DNA of 64,000 nt, from IMG/VR virus record IMGVR_UViG_3300008448_000012, positions 1-64,000 of that record. One strand, given 5' to 3'. Position 1 is the stretch's first letter. Each line of letters starts with the position of its first letter. The DNA comes from a virus. The notes below the pieces were generated by a model. The model searched no databases. It had not been told where the DNA came from and was given only the letters and a program-made list of their open reading frames with translations. The translations under genes were made by a program, and so were the position numbers. Of this stretch, positions 26,718 through 36,900 are shown in pieces.

Positions 26718-27851
26718 ATGGCAGATTTCTCTCTAACTACGCTCTTTGTGGTGCCAGTTGGCAGTTCTATTGCTAGTGCTGACTCCACACAAGACCTCTC
26801 TGCTGGTCAGGTTGGTTTTTTCAACGCTGACTACAGTGTAATTGCTCCTGGTGATTCTCCTTCAGGAAACTATTTCTATGTTGCTCAAGGTAGGACTAAC
26901 ACCTATCTGCAAGGTTCCAAGCGTTCTGACAAGATTGCAGGATGTTCTGGTATCAATGCTGGTTGTAGGTCTAACGTAACTGAGTGGTACAAAGTTTATG
27001 GCTGTCCTACAGCTACAACTCAAATCACTGAGGTTGACAACTGGAATGTTAAATGTGGTGACATCATCACTGTAACTCTCCGTGCTCACTCTTCCTACAT
27101 TGACACCCTGTACTTCAATGGTTTCACTCGCAGTGTGACTATTCAAGCTCCTTGTTGTGAGTGTGGTGCTGATCCTTGTACTGAGGTTGATTATGAAGCT
27201 CTTGTTGACCAATTGATTGCTGCTTTCGAAGCTCAAGCTCCTGGCATCAATCCTGACAACATCTCTTTCAACACTTTCTACGAGTTCTCTCAAGATGCTC
27301 CTGGTGTTTTGACTATCACTGGTAAACCTCTTACCAAATATGGTCAGCCTTGTGATGTTGCAGCTTTCCCTTATGAGTATGACAGGATGTACTTCCGTAC
27401 CTTCGTGTACAGTGGTCCTGCTACCACAGCTGATTTCATTGTTGCTGATGCTTGTAATATTGTAGCTGAAGCTAATGTTGTTCAAACTTCTAACTATCCT
27501 TCAGGTACTTCTGATGAGATTGCACAATTGGAGAAGAACTACTACAGCTATCAAGCTGGTTACCTGAAGCATTTGTACAGGATGGCTGGTTACAATCAAA
27601 ACTTTGAGTCTTGGGTTTCTGCAGGTACTACCTACGATACCTACTACATCAAGTTTAATGAGTATGACAGGTCTGGTTACAACTGGGGTGATTACATTCA
27701 CGAAGATTCAATGGTGATCATTGCTGTTCCTCAAGGAACTGCTGCTGGTGCAGATGTAGAAGAAATTCTTTCTGACGCATTGGGATCTCCTGAAGATAAG
27801 AGTGCTTGTGTAACTACTACTACCACTACTACCGCAGCACCTATTCTCTAA
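26718..27851 (+). CDS. abundant structural protein (auxiliary capsid-like), Thr-rich tail
   Basis: MCP-like codon bias, followed by a terminator-like hairpin. Confidence 0.6.
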   Translation: MADFSLTTLFVVPVGSSIASADSTQDLSAGQVGFFNADYSVIAPGDSPSGNYFYVAQGRTNTYLQGSKRSDKIAGCSGINAGCRSNVTEWYKVYGCPTATTQITEVDNWNVKCGDIITVTLRAHSSYIDTLYFNGFTRSVTIQAPCCECGADPCTEVDYEALVDQLIAAFEAQAPGINPDNISFNTFYEFSQDAPGVLTITGKPLTKYGQPCDVAAFPYEYDRMYFRTFVYSGPATTADFIVADACNIVAEANVVQTSNYPSGTSDEIAQLEKNYYSYQAGYLKHLYRMAGYNQNFESWVSAGTTYDTYYIKFNEYDRSGYNWGDYIHEDSMVIIAVPQGTAAGADVEEILSDALGSPEDKSACVTTTTTTTAAPIL

Positions 27852-27876
27852 AGAATAAAATAAAGATCATATAACC

Positions 27877-27928
27877 TGTGCCTGAGGGTGAGAGAGGATA
27901 TTCTCAAGTCCTCGGGCACATTTATTTT
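27877..27928 (+). terminator. terminator-like hairpin
   Basis: TGTGCCTGAGG...CCTCGGGCACA-TTTATTTT. Confidence 0.6.
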
Positions 27929-27935
27929 AAACAAC

Positions 27936-28490
27936 ATGGCAGACGTACTAGATATACTTGTTATTGATACACATGATGTACAAACTCTTGGTATAGCTGA
28001 TGCTTCAGTTTATACAGGAGTTCCTACATCACCAACAATAACAATCACTGTACCTGGATTTGATCCTATATCACTTCCTTTTGTTCCCGAAGATTTCAAT
28101 TTGTTCAATTCAACAACTTTGGGATTATCTGCTGTTGGAGATCCTTTGCTTCCTCTTCCTGATGGTGTTTATTATCTGACATACACAATTGCACCAGCAA
28201 ATGTGAACTTTGTTAACAAGAACATCATGAGAGTTGATCAAATTCAAGAAAAGTTTGATAATGCTTTCATGAAGCTTGATATGATGCAATGTGATCTTGC
28301 CATCAAACAACAATCAAAGGTGGAACTGAATAGCATTTATTATTTCATCCAAGGATCAATTGCAGCAGCTAATAATTGTGCTATTGATACAGCTACAAAG
28401 CTTTACCAACAAGCAGACAAAATGTTGAATAATTTTATTAGAAATAACTGTGGTTGTTCTGGCACCAACTACTTTAATAATTTTGTATAA
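27936..28490 (+). CDS. structural protein
   Basis: ORF trimmed to MADVLDILVID. Confidence 0.75.
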   Translation: MADVLDILVIDTHDVQTLGIADASVYTGVPTSPTITITVPGFDPISLPFVPEDFNLFNSTTLGLSAVGDPLLPLPDGVYYLTYTIAPANVNFVNKNIMRVDQIQEKFDNAFMKLDMMQCDLAIKQQSKVELNSIYYFIQGSIAAANNCAIDTATKLYQQADKMLNNFIRNNCGCSGTNYFNNFV

Positions 28491-28633
28491 TGGCAACTTG
28501 TAGAAATTGCGGAAGAAATGTTGGCTGTGGATGCCAACTTACAAATGGGCTCTGTGGGGCTTGTAACGCAGCAATTAAAAAAGGACTAAAAAAGTTTAAA
28601 GATGTTATCTCCAAAATTAGTCAACTGTATTGA
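28490..28633 (+). CDS. small Cys-rich protein (47 aa)
   Basis: Manual ORF MATCRNCGRNVGCGCQLTNGLCGAC... Confidence 0.7.
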   Translation: MATCRNCGRNVGCGCQLTNGLCGACNAAIKKGLKKFKDVISKISQLY

Positions 28634-28868
28634 TTGTACAACTCCACAGGCACTCATATCTGATATTGATTGCAGGTTGACAGAGTTGGCAAACAACCAG
28701 TACAATAACATTGTATTCATCCTAAATCTTCCTTTCCCTGGACAAGTGATAGATGATTTGCTGAATTACAAAAGAATATTAACCTATAAGTTGTGTAATC
28801 CAAATTACGCATCAGCTTATACAGTTCAAATGATCGCTAGTAGAGTTAAAGTTTTAATTCATAAATAA
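28602..28868 (+). CDS. structural protein, hypothetical
   Basis: ORF in the operon. Confidence 0.7.
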   Translation: MLSPKLVNCIDCTTPQALISDIDCRLTELANNQYNNIVFILNLPFPGQVIDDLLNYKRILTYKLCNPNYASAYTVQMIASRVKVLIHK

Positions 28869-28875
28869 TTATAAA

Positions 28876-30000
28876 ATGGCTTGTAATAATTGCTATAACG
28901 GATGTGTAGAAACAACATCTGATAAATGCGTAAGATATACAGGTGAGAATGTTGAAGCACTCAGCATCGCAAATGGTGACAATCTGTACACTGTAGAACA
29001 AGCATTGATTAATGCTGTAGTTTCTTTCCTTGATGGAACAGGTATAGATATTACAATTGATCCAGCTGCATACTGTGCTCTTGTAACATCCTATCTCCCT
29101 GAATGTAAACCTATATGTGCTCCTCCTACAGCTGTAGAATTGTTTGAAGCCCTTGTAAAAGCTGCTTGTGATCTTCAAGTACAAATAGAAGATGTTGCTG
29201 CAGATATTGCTACATTGAATGCTGATTACGATGTTGATTGTCTTTCTGGTGTAACAAGTAGCTCAGACACACATGCTGTTCTCCAAGCTGCTATTACTAA
29301 GATATGTGAACTTGGTGTAGATCTCAGTGCTCTTGCTCTTGATGTAGATACAAACTATGTTAAGATTGCAGACCTAAACACTCTTATTCAAGACTATCTT
29401 GATAGCATATCTGTATCAACAAAATACTACAACAAAATGGTTCCATACACTGTTGTAGAATACTATGGTCCTCTCACAGGAAATTTTGATGCCACTGGTG
29501 CAGGTCTTGGTGATTGGGAGAAAATCTATCTGTGTAATGGATTGAATGGAACTCCTGATAAAAGAGGTAGGGTTGGTGTTGGTGCTATTGTAGGAGTTGG
29601 TGGAGGAGCTTTGAATCCTTCAGTAGATCCTTCCACTCCAGGTAATCCAAACTATAGTTTGTTGCAAATTAGTGGTGCTAACACAATTACACTTAATTCT
29701 ACACAAATTCCTGCACATACGCACACAGCTACAGCATCAATCACTGATCCTGGTCACAGACACGATATATGGGGAATTACAGGAGGTGATAACCAAGACA
29801 ATAGTAACACTGTAAGGTTTGCAGGTGGTGATAAAGATCAAGGAGAAACAGCTTTCTATTTTACAAATACACAAGCTTGTCAAACTTCTACAACAGGAAT
29901 TAGTGCTTCTATTTCAGTTAATGCTAGCACTGGTGGTGGTGCAGGACACGCCAATATACAACCTGTACTGGCTTGTTACTATATTATGTACATACCTTAA
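28876..30000 (+). CDS. tail fibre protein with collar-like domain
   Basis: LCNG.NGTPD.RGR, PAHTH, HANIQP...YIM collar motifs; Cys-rich N-half. Confidence 0.8.
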   Translation: MACNNCYNGCVETTSDKCVRYTGENVEALSIANGDNLYTVEQALINAVVSFLDGTGIDITIDPAAYCALVTSYLPECKPICAPPTAVELFEALVKAACDLQVQIEDVAADIATLNADYDVDCLSGVTSSSDTHAVLQAAITKICELGVDLSALALDVDTNYVKIADLNTLIQDYLDSISVSTKYYNKMVPYTVVEYYGPLTGNFDATGAGLGDWEKIYLCNGLNGTPDKRGRVGVGAIVGVGGGALNPSVDPSTPGNPNYSLLQISGANTITLNSTQIPAHTHTATASITDPGHRHDIWGITGGDNQDNSNTVRFAGGDKDQGETAFYFTNTQACQTSTTGISASISVNASTGGGAGHANIQPVLACYYIMYIP

Positions 30001-30010
30001 TATTTAAATT

Positions 30011-30343
30011 ATGGCTTGCGTACCTGGAATGCCTTGTTATAACGTTCCTGTAGTGGTTTACACTACATATCCCTCAACATGCACTGTTCCTATATTTGCA
30101 GGTTATCCCATCAGTTCTGATTTGATAACCTATGTAGGACCAAACCTACCATGTTCAGGAACTCTCAACAACGACTTTCTTACAGTTGCTCTTCAAAAGA
30201 TAGATGAGAAGATTTGTCCTCAGACAATGGCTCAAGCTATTATTGATGCAATTACAACAAACTCTGAATTGTCTGCAGCATTTTGTGAATTAGTTAGCAA
30301 TTGTCAATTCTTAACTAGCACAACTACTACTGTAGCACCATAA
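30011..30343 (+). CDS. Cys-rich tail-fibre-associated protein
   Basis: Shares a YxG motif with the upstream fibre N-terminus; Thr tail. Confidence 0.7.
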   Translation: MACVPGMPCYNVPVVVYTTYPSTCTVPIFAGYPISSDLITYVGPNLPCSGTLNNDFLTVALQKIDEKICPQTMAQAIIDAITTNSELSAAFCELVSNCQFLTSTTTTVAP

Positions 30344-30381
30344 TACTAAAAACCCTGTTTTTGTTGGTTTTACAGGGTGGC

Positions 30382-30412
30382 ACCCCTGCCCTTTCTAGGG
30401 TGGGGGTTTTTT
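30382..30412 (+). terminator. intrinsic terminator
   Basis: CCCCTGCCCT-TTCT-AGGGTGGGGG-TTTTTT. Confidence 0.8.
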
Positions 30413-30454
30413 AATTATATCAGTTAACCTATATAATTACATTAGTTAAAATAA

Positions 30455-30487
30455 TTTGGTATATTTCAAATTTATTTCTTACCTTTA
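30455..30487 (+). promoter_or_regulatory. sigma-A-like promoter variant
   Basis: TTTG-N21-TACCTTTA. Confidence 0.5.
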
Positions 30488-30513
30488 CATCAATTTAACC
30501 AATCTATTTCTAA

Positions 30514-31767
30514 ATGGCTGATAATCAATATCTTCTCAACGAATTGCAGCAATTGCTAAGTTGGAAAAAAAGTAAAAAATTCTACGCTGAGAAGCTAGGG
30601 ATTTCAGAAGAAGAAGTGAGTGAGTTGTTAAAGGAATTGAGGTCAGGAAATGAATCAATAAGAACTGAAGCTGAAACAGCTAGCTACATTGACGAACTTG
30701 AAGAAGCTATTGTCAAATATGTAGAAGATGTTCAGAAGGGTGTTGGTGAGGTGACATTTAACTCTCCTGAAGAGATAAAGTCTTTGGATGATCTTGTTGA
30801 GAAATGTAAAATTGATATTACCAAGTGGGATGTAACTAAATATGTTCAAAACTATTGGGGAAATTCTAAAACTCCTCATTGGCAAGTGAAAGCTTGGCTT
30901 AGCAAGAAAACAGTTGAAGACAATTTCAAAAATGAATTCATCTCTTTTCTTGAGACATACAAACCATTTTCAGATTTTGTAGAACCTCCTTTCTACGATG
31001 GTTGCAAACCTATCGCTTGTATGATTGTAAACAAGCAGGATTCCCATTATGACAAATATGATACAGATGGGAACAATGCAATCTACCATAGGTTTGATAA
31101 TATTATCTCCAAGATTAGTACAATCCTTACACAAGCATCTCTGTCCAACTATTTGTCTGAAGTTTATTATGTTGTTGGATCAGATGAGTTTAATAGTGAG
31201 TTTACAGGAACAACTACAAAAGGCACTCCTCAGCAAAACATTCTAACACATCATGGTTCATTCGAACTGATATGTAATCATGAGATTGAAATGATTAACT
31301 TGTTGCTGGGCAAATGTGATTCTGTTAATGTTATTTATGTTCCTGGAAACCATGATGAATATGTTGGATGGCATCTAATCAAATGGTTGGAAGCTTATTT
31401 CAGACATGATGAAAGAGTGAGTTTTGACACTTCTGCAAACTATAGAAAGTATATAAGTTTTGGAAATACAGCAATGATGCTCAATCATGGTGATGCTATG
31501 AAACCAGCTAAACTTGCTGGCATATTTCCAATTGAGTTTAGAGAAGATTGGTCATACCATAACAACTTCTATATATTCACTGGAGATAAGCATCACGAAT
31601 TGAGTCAAGACTTTAATGGAATTAAATTTTATCAAATACCTGCATTTTCTAATGCAAAGAGTTCCTGGGACAATAAGAATGGGTATGTTGGATCAAAAGG
31701 TGAAGTGACTGGATTTCTTATTGAATATCACAATGGAATGACGAATATATTCAAACAATACTTATAA
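30514..31767 (+). CDS. calcineurin-like metallophosphoesterase with N-terminal HTH
   Basis: DSH, GSD, GNHD, HGD, GDKHH motifs. Confidence 0.8.
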   Translation: MADNQYLLNELQQLLSWKKSKKFYAEKLGISEEEVSELLKELRSGNESIRTEAETASYIDELEEAIVKYVEDVQKGVGEVTFNSPEEIKSLDDLVEKCKIDITKWDVTKYVQNYWGNSKTPHWQVKAWLSKKTVEDNFKNEFISFLETYKPFSDFVEPPFYDGCKPIACMIVNKQDSHYDKYDTDGNNAIYHRFDNIISKISTILTQASLSNYLSEVYYVVGSDEFNSEFTGTTTKGTPQQNILTHHGSFELICNHEIEMINLLLGKCDSVNVIYVPGNHDEYVGWHLIKWLEAYFRHDERVSFDTSANYRKYISFGNTAMMLNHGDAMKPAKLAGIFPIEFREDWSYHNNFYIFTGDKHHELSQDFNGIKFYQIPAFSNAKSSWDNKNGYVGSKGEVTGFLIEYHNGMTNIFKQYL

Positions 31768-32492
31768 TGGCAACATTAAGAAAATTGGTTTCAGATGTAC
31801 GTAGTATGCACAAGTTGCTTTCTACAGATTCCCTTATTACAGATAGGGCAATTGCTTCTGAGATTAAAAATAATTCTCTTCTTCTTATAAAGAGAGAAAC
31901 TAACCTAAGAAAACTTTGGGCAACAGATACATTGTTCACTACCCTTCCTTGTTTGGAAATGGTAGAAGTTCCTATTTCAGAATGTTGTGATTATGTAGAT
32001 CCATGTTCTATAGGAAGAAGTAAATTCAAGCTTCCACGTATTGCTGAGGGAAACTATCAATACATTATTCAAGGTGTCTACTCAATCAATGCAATGAGTG
32101 GACAAGGAAAGAAACTTAAAGAAATTACAGTAAACAGATATATAAATCTTTTGAAACTTCCAATAATAAAGAACGAACAATACTATTGGATTCAAAATGA
32201 ATATCTGTATGTCAACAATCCATATCTTAAGGCAATCAGAATTTCTGCTTTATTTGAGAACGATGTTCCAAATGAATTGCTTTATCCAGAATGTTGTTGT
32301 GGAGAGGATATAGTTGTAGAAGATTTCTGCAAGAATCCTCTTGATAAACCATATGCTCTTCCTGGATATTTGCAATCACAGGTTTTGGAACTTACAACAA
32401 AGAAACTGTTGTCTACTTATTTTGCTATTAAAACTGACCTTACAGAAGATGGATTGGACGGACAAGCTCCGAATGTTAAACCAACCAGTTAA
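31767..32492 (+). CDS. putative tail ring protein
   Basis: Synteny with the crAss-like tail module. Confidence 0.55.
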   Translation: MATLRKLVSDVRSMHKLLSTDSLITDRAIASEIKNNSLLLIKRETNLRKLWATDTLFTTLPCLEMVEVPISECCDYVDPCSIGRSKFKLPRIAEGNYQYIIQGVYSINAMSGQGKKLKEITVNRYINLLKLPIIKNEQYYWIQNEYLYVNNPYLKAIRISALFENDVPNELLYPECCCGEDIVVEDFCKNPLDKPYALPGYLQSQVLELTTKKLLSTYFAIKTDLTEDGLDGQAPNVKPTS

Positions 32493-32965
32493 TGAGGACA
32501 AAGATTGAATGGCGAAGTGCAAGTAAGGAAAACTATCAAAACTTCTGTAAGAAGCATCCAGACATAAAGTTGAACTTTGATGAATGGAAAGATATTATCT
32601 ACAGATTCAACGAAGCATTTAGAAACTACATTCTTGAGACAGGTTATAAGGAAAAGCTTCCTTATGGTTTTGGTGAGTTTTCAGTTACAAAGAAAATAAG
32701 ACGAAAGAAGAAAGGACTCAATGATGAGTTTGTAAATCTTGCTGTTGACTGGAAAAGAACAAAGGAAAGAGGAAAGATCACCTACAATTTTAATTACCAC
32801 ACAGAAGGGTATTTCTTTGGTTGGTTATGGTTTAAAGAAACTGCCAGACTAAAGGGTACACAATTTTGGTATTTCAAAGCTTCACGTGTAACGTCAAGAA
32901 TGATAGCACATTATATTAACGCTGATGAAAAATATCAGTATTTGTATCAAGAATGGAGAAAATAA
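32492..32965 (+). CDS. IHF/HU-like protein
   Basis: LPYGFGEFSV...VDWK.T; basic protein. Confidence 0.6.
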   Translation: MRTKIEWRSASKENYQNFCKKHPDIKLNFDEWKDIIYRFNEAFRNYILETGYKEKLPYGFGEFSVTKKIRRKKKGLNDEFVNLAVDWKRTKERGKITYNFNYHTEGYFFGWLWFKETARLKGTQFWYFKASRVTSRMIAHYINADEKYQYLYQEWRK

Positions 32966-32971
32966 AAAATA

Positions 32972-33907
32972 ATGAGTTATTATTACAAATATAATTTCGT
33001 AAGCCCTGAACCAGTTTATTCTACTATAAAAGAAGAACTGAAAAGCTATTTTGATACAGGGGCAATCGATGATTTGCTTTTCCCCACTTATACAGACAAA
33101 TGTCTTAGGAAGTTGGGTAAATCGTCTTATGAAATTCAAGAAACCTATCTTGATATCGAAGACTTTGAAGCAAGACTTCCTGATAACTTCTTTGCTGTAA
33201 GAGAAGCATGGATGTGTACAACTGTAAATGGTTATCCATATCAATCAGCAAACTCATTCTATTCTCAAGCTTCTACAGAGACAACTATTCAGGTGAGCCC
33301 TGTTATATCTGGAGGAACACCATGTACAAACCCAAGTTGTACAACTCCTGGTTGTGATGGTCACACATGCATGCCTGAATTGATACAAGCTGTATACAAG
33401 ACCAACAATTCACTCAATCGTTCTGTACAAAGACAATATTTGCTTAAACCAGGAAACATTTCTGTAAAAGCACATTGTACATTGGATTGTGCAAATCTTG
33501 GAAGTTCTTCTCTTGATAGCTTTGATATCAGAGATAATAAGTTTGTTACAAACTTTAGAAATGGTGTTGTTCATTTGGTATTCTATGCATACGAATATGA
33601 CAATGCTGGCAATCAAATGATTCCAGACAACTTTCGTATCAGGGAATATATTGAGCACTTTATTAAGTTTAAAGTTTTTGAAACTCTTGCTAATCAAATA
33701 AATGATGAAACATTCAATCAGATTCAACAGAAGCTTGCTTATTACAAACAGTTGTCTGAAGAAGCATACATCATGGCTGATATAGAGGTGAAGAAACAAG
33801 ATGTCTATGCTAAACAAAGAAGGATAGTTCAAGACCTGAACAGATTCAATATGTATGAACTTCCAAACAGAACCAATAGGTATGGTTGGAGAAGAAATGG
33901 ACAATAA
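32972..33907 (+). CDS. putative tail tubular / ring protein
   Basis: LPDNF, G..MIPD motifs; synteny. Confidence 0.6.
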   Translation: MSYYYKYNFVSPEPVYSTIKEELKSYFDTGAIDDLLFPTYTDKCLRKLGKSSYEIQETYLDIEDFEARLPDNFFAVREAWMCTTVNGYPYQSANSFYSQASTETTIQVSPVISGGTPCTNPSCTTPGCDGHTCMPELIQAVYKTNNSLNRSVQRQYLLKPGNISVKAHCTLDCANLGSSSLDSFDIRDNKFVTNFRNGVVHLVFYAYEYDNAGNQMIPDNFRIREYIEHFIKFKVFETLANQINDETFNQIQQKLAYYKQLSEEAYIMADIEVKKQDVYAKQRRIVQDLNRFNMYELPNRTNRYGWRRNGQ

Positions 33908-36900
33908 TGGCTGAACAAGAGCAATCAAACATAAGACAAGAGAGTAATGTAGCTACTACTGGCTTGAACATGGATCAAACCGTGAATCAAGTTAAGAAGG
34001 GACAGCTTACGTATGCTCTTAATGCTGCTGTAGAAAACTTTGATGCAACATCTGTAAACTATCAAAATGAACCAGGAAACGAACTATGTTTTGAGTTTCC
34101 TCAAGGATATCATTTGATTGGTGAGCATTTTATAAATGAGAAGAACAAGCATATATTCTTTCTTACAAATCCTGAAACAGGAGAAAGTGAGATTGGATAT
34201 ATGGATAACAATGATTGTGTCTACAGAACATATGTCAATGCTAATTGCTTAAACTTCAATATCGATTATCCAATTCACAAAGCTGTACATAAGATTACAA
34301 ACTGTACAACAGAAATCTATTGGACAGATGGATTCAACTCACGCAGATATCTGGATCTTGAGAATCTTCCTTATAAGATTCAAGAGGGCACTGATGTTTG
34401 TGACAACAAAACAACCACTGAAATAGACTGCAATAAACTGAACATCCAACCAAATTTTAATATTCCTAATCTTGAGATTACGAATGTTATCAATGGAGGA
34501 AATCTAATTGCAGGAACTTATCAGTTTGCAATTCAATACTGTGATGCAAATGGAGGTGCTTACACATCGTATTATTCTGTAACCAATCCTACACCAATTG
34601 CAAATCCTCAGTTCACCACTCCTGATTTTAACTACCCTGTAGGAAGATCTATTGTAGTGGATATCACTAACATAGATGTAACTGGTTATTATAAGTATTA
34701 CAATGTTGCAGTGATAAAAACTGTAAATGATATTACATCTGTTGAGCTTGTTGGAACTTATTTCATAGATGACTCAAGTAATCAAATAACGTACACTGGT
34801 CAAAATCAAACTCAGATCAGGCTTACAATCAACGATATATTTGAGAAGTTTCCATATTACGATATTGCACAAGACTTGACAGCTGTTCAAGATGTTCTTG
34901 TTTGGGATAATCTTACATCTATCGATAGAATCAACTATCAGCAGATTGCCAATCAAATAGATCTTAAGTGGCAAACTTATAAACTCCCTGCAAACGAAGA
35001 TTATTCAGATGAGTTGAATGCAACAAATCTTAGAGGTTATCTAAGAGATGAGGTGTATGCATTTGAAGTTGTATTCCTTCTGAGGAACGGTAAGCAAACA
35101 GATGGTTTTCATATTCCTGGTAGGGAAATATCCTACAGCGAGCTTATACAACCAGATGTTCCTAACACCAATCCTGACTTTATTGGAGAAGGAACAAGTG
35201 CTCCATATTGGAAAATATATAACACAGCTTCTGTAATTGGAGCTGCTACAGGCCCAAACATTGGTAATGCTACACCATACGAATATGGTGAATTTGCATA
35301 TTGGGAATCTACAGAAGTGTATCCATGTAATGATGCTGTTTGGGGAAGCCTTGCTAATCAACCAATCAGACATCATAAGTTTCCTGATGTTCTTGTAAGT
35401 CCTATATTTGAAAGTGGTACACCCACAATCAGCTATAGTGGTACATACACAAACTTAAAAATGGAAAATGCTGCCATCTATCCAATAGGACTAAGGATAG
35501 ATGTTCCTCAAGTTTATCAAGCTATAGCAGCATCCAATCTTACACAAGAACAAAAAGAAAGTGTTATTGGATTTAAAATAGTTAGAGGAAACAGAAGCAC
35601 AAACAGTTCTATCATAGCAAAGGGAATTCTTAGAAATATCGGTGAATATGAAAGAGAAGGAACTTCCTATTATTTCCCCAACTATCCATACAACGATCTT
35701 AGGAAAGATCCATTTCTTCTTCAAGAAAACAATGCATTTGATGCTGTATGTAGGGAGTACCAAGTAACAATCACTGCTACTGGTAAACTTAATTATTACA
35801 GTTGTGATACAGGATTGCCAGTAGTAGATGATGTTACTATTGGAGATGTTGTTAATATATGTTCTACAAGCTTTCCAAAATTCTCAGACTCTGCCACTGG
35901 TACAATCACTGCGACTAACTATGGTACATACAATCTATGTACAATTGTTGGTAATGCTGGTAATAGGTTTTCCTATTTTCCACCAGATGCTGATAAACCT
36001 ACAGTTATTTGGGTTCCTGGTAATTTATTCACTACCAATTGCGAGGTTGTTGATTCAATAACAAAACCTATATTCATTGAAGGAAGTGACAGATATACAA
36101 TCACTTTGTTATCTGAAAACACAGGAGTGCTGAACTGTACAGTGAGTGTTGATCAGTTGGATGCATTCGCAACTGATAAATCTAAATATAGGTTTGTATT
36201 CAACTCTCCAGAAACTTCTTTTGGAAAACCTTTCCTTGGAAGTGTATTGAAATTGGAAAATGCAATATACGGTGCTGGTTCTGGTCATTTTGTACAAGTG
36301 AACAAGAACGCAATGTATAAACTTATTACTGAAGAAGCACAAAGAGATGCTTTGAAGTCAAGTGAAAAGATTGCAGATATAACATCTCCGTTTAGTCCAA
36401 CTGCAATGTTCACTGCCTATCAGGCATATCTGCAGATTTACATAAATGGAATTACTAGAAGAAATTACGCCAAGTCATATAACTCAATAGCCAAATATAA
36501 CTATTCAGCATCTATAGACAACAACTTGGGAGTTAAACAAAGAGAAATTGATATAACTCAATATCTCAGTCCTGGTGTTCAAAATGTTGGTGACGATCTG
36601 AATGTAAATAATTTCAATAGAGAGTCTTCTGTTTACATAAAGACAATTCAAGAAAAAGAAGGACTTCCTGTAGTCAGTCTTCCTTATCCTAGCTATACAC
36701 CAAATTTGCTTGTAGGAGGAGGAACCACACCTGCAATTGAAGATAAATCAAGATATACTATTTCTGAAAGAGGTAACTGTCTTAAGCCTGAGAAACAGTT
36801 TGATATATCTACAGTGACCTATTATGGATCTATAAAAAATATATTTGTAAATCAGTGGGGTCAAATGTATTCTTATGAAACAATTGACACAGGGTTTCAA

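Noticed and set aside
30424-30452. dif-like sequence
   Set aside because: The XerD-like arm needs a deletion to fit; AT-rich promoter context explains it.
32878-32893. Second parS-like CACGTG core
   Set aside because: Several mismatches, not palindromic, and inside a coding region.
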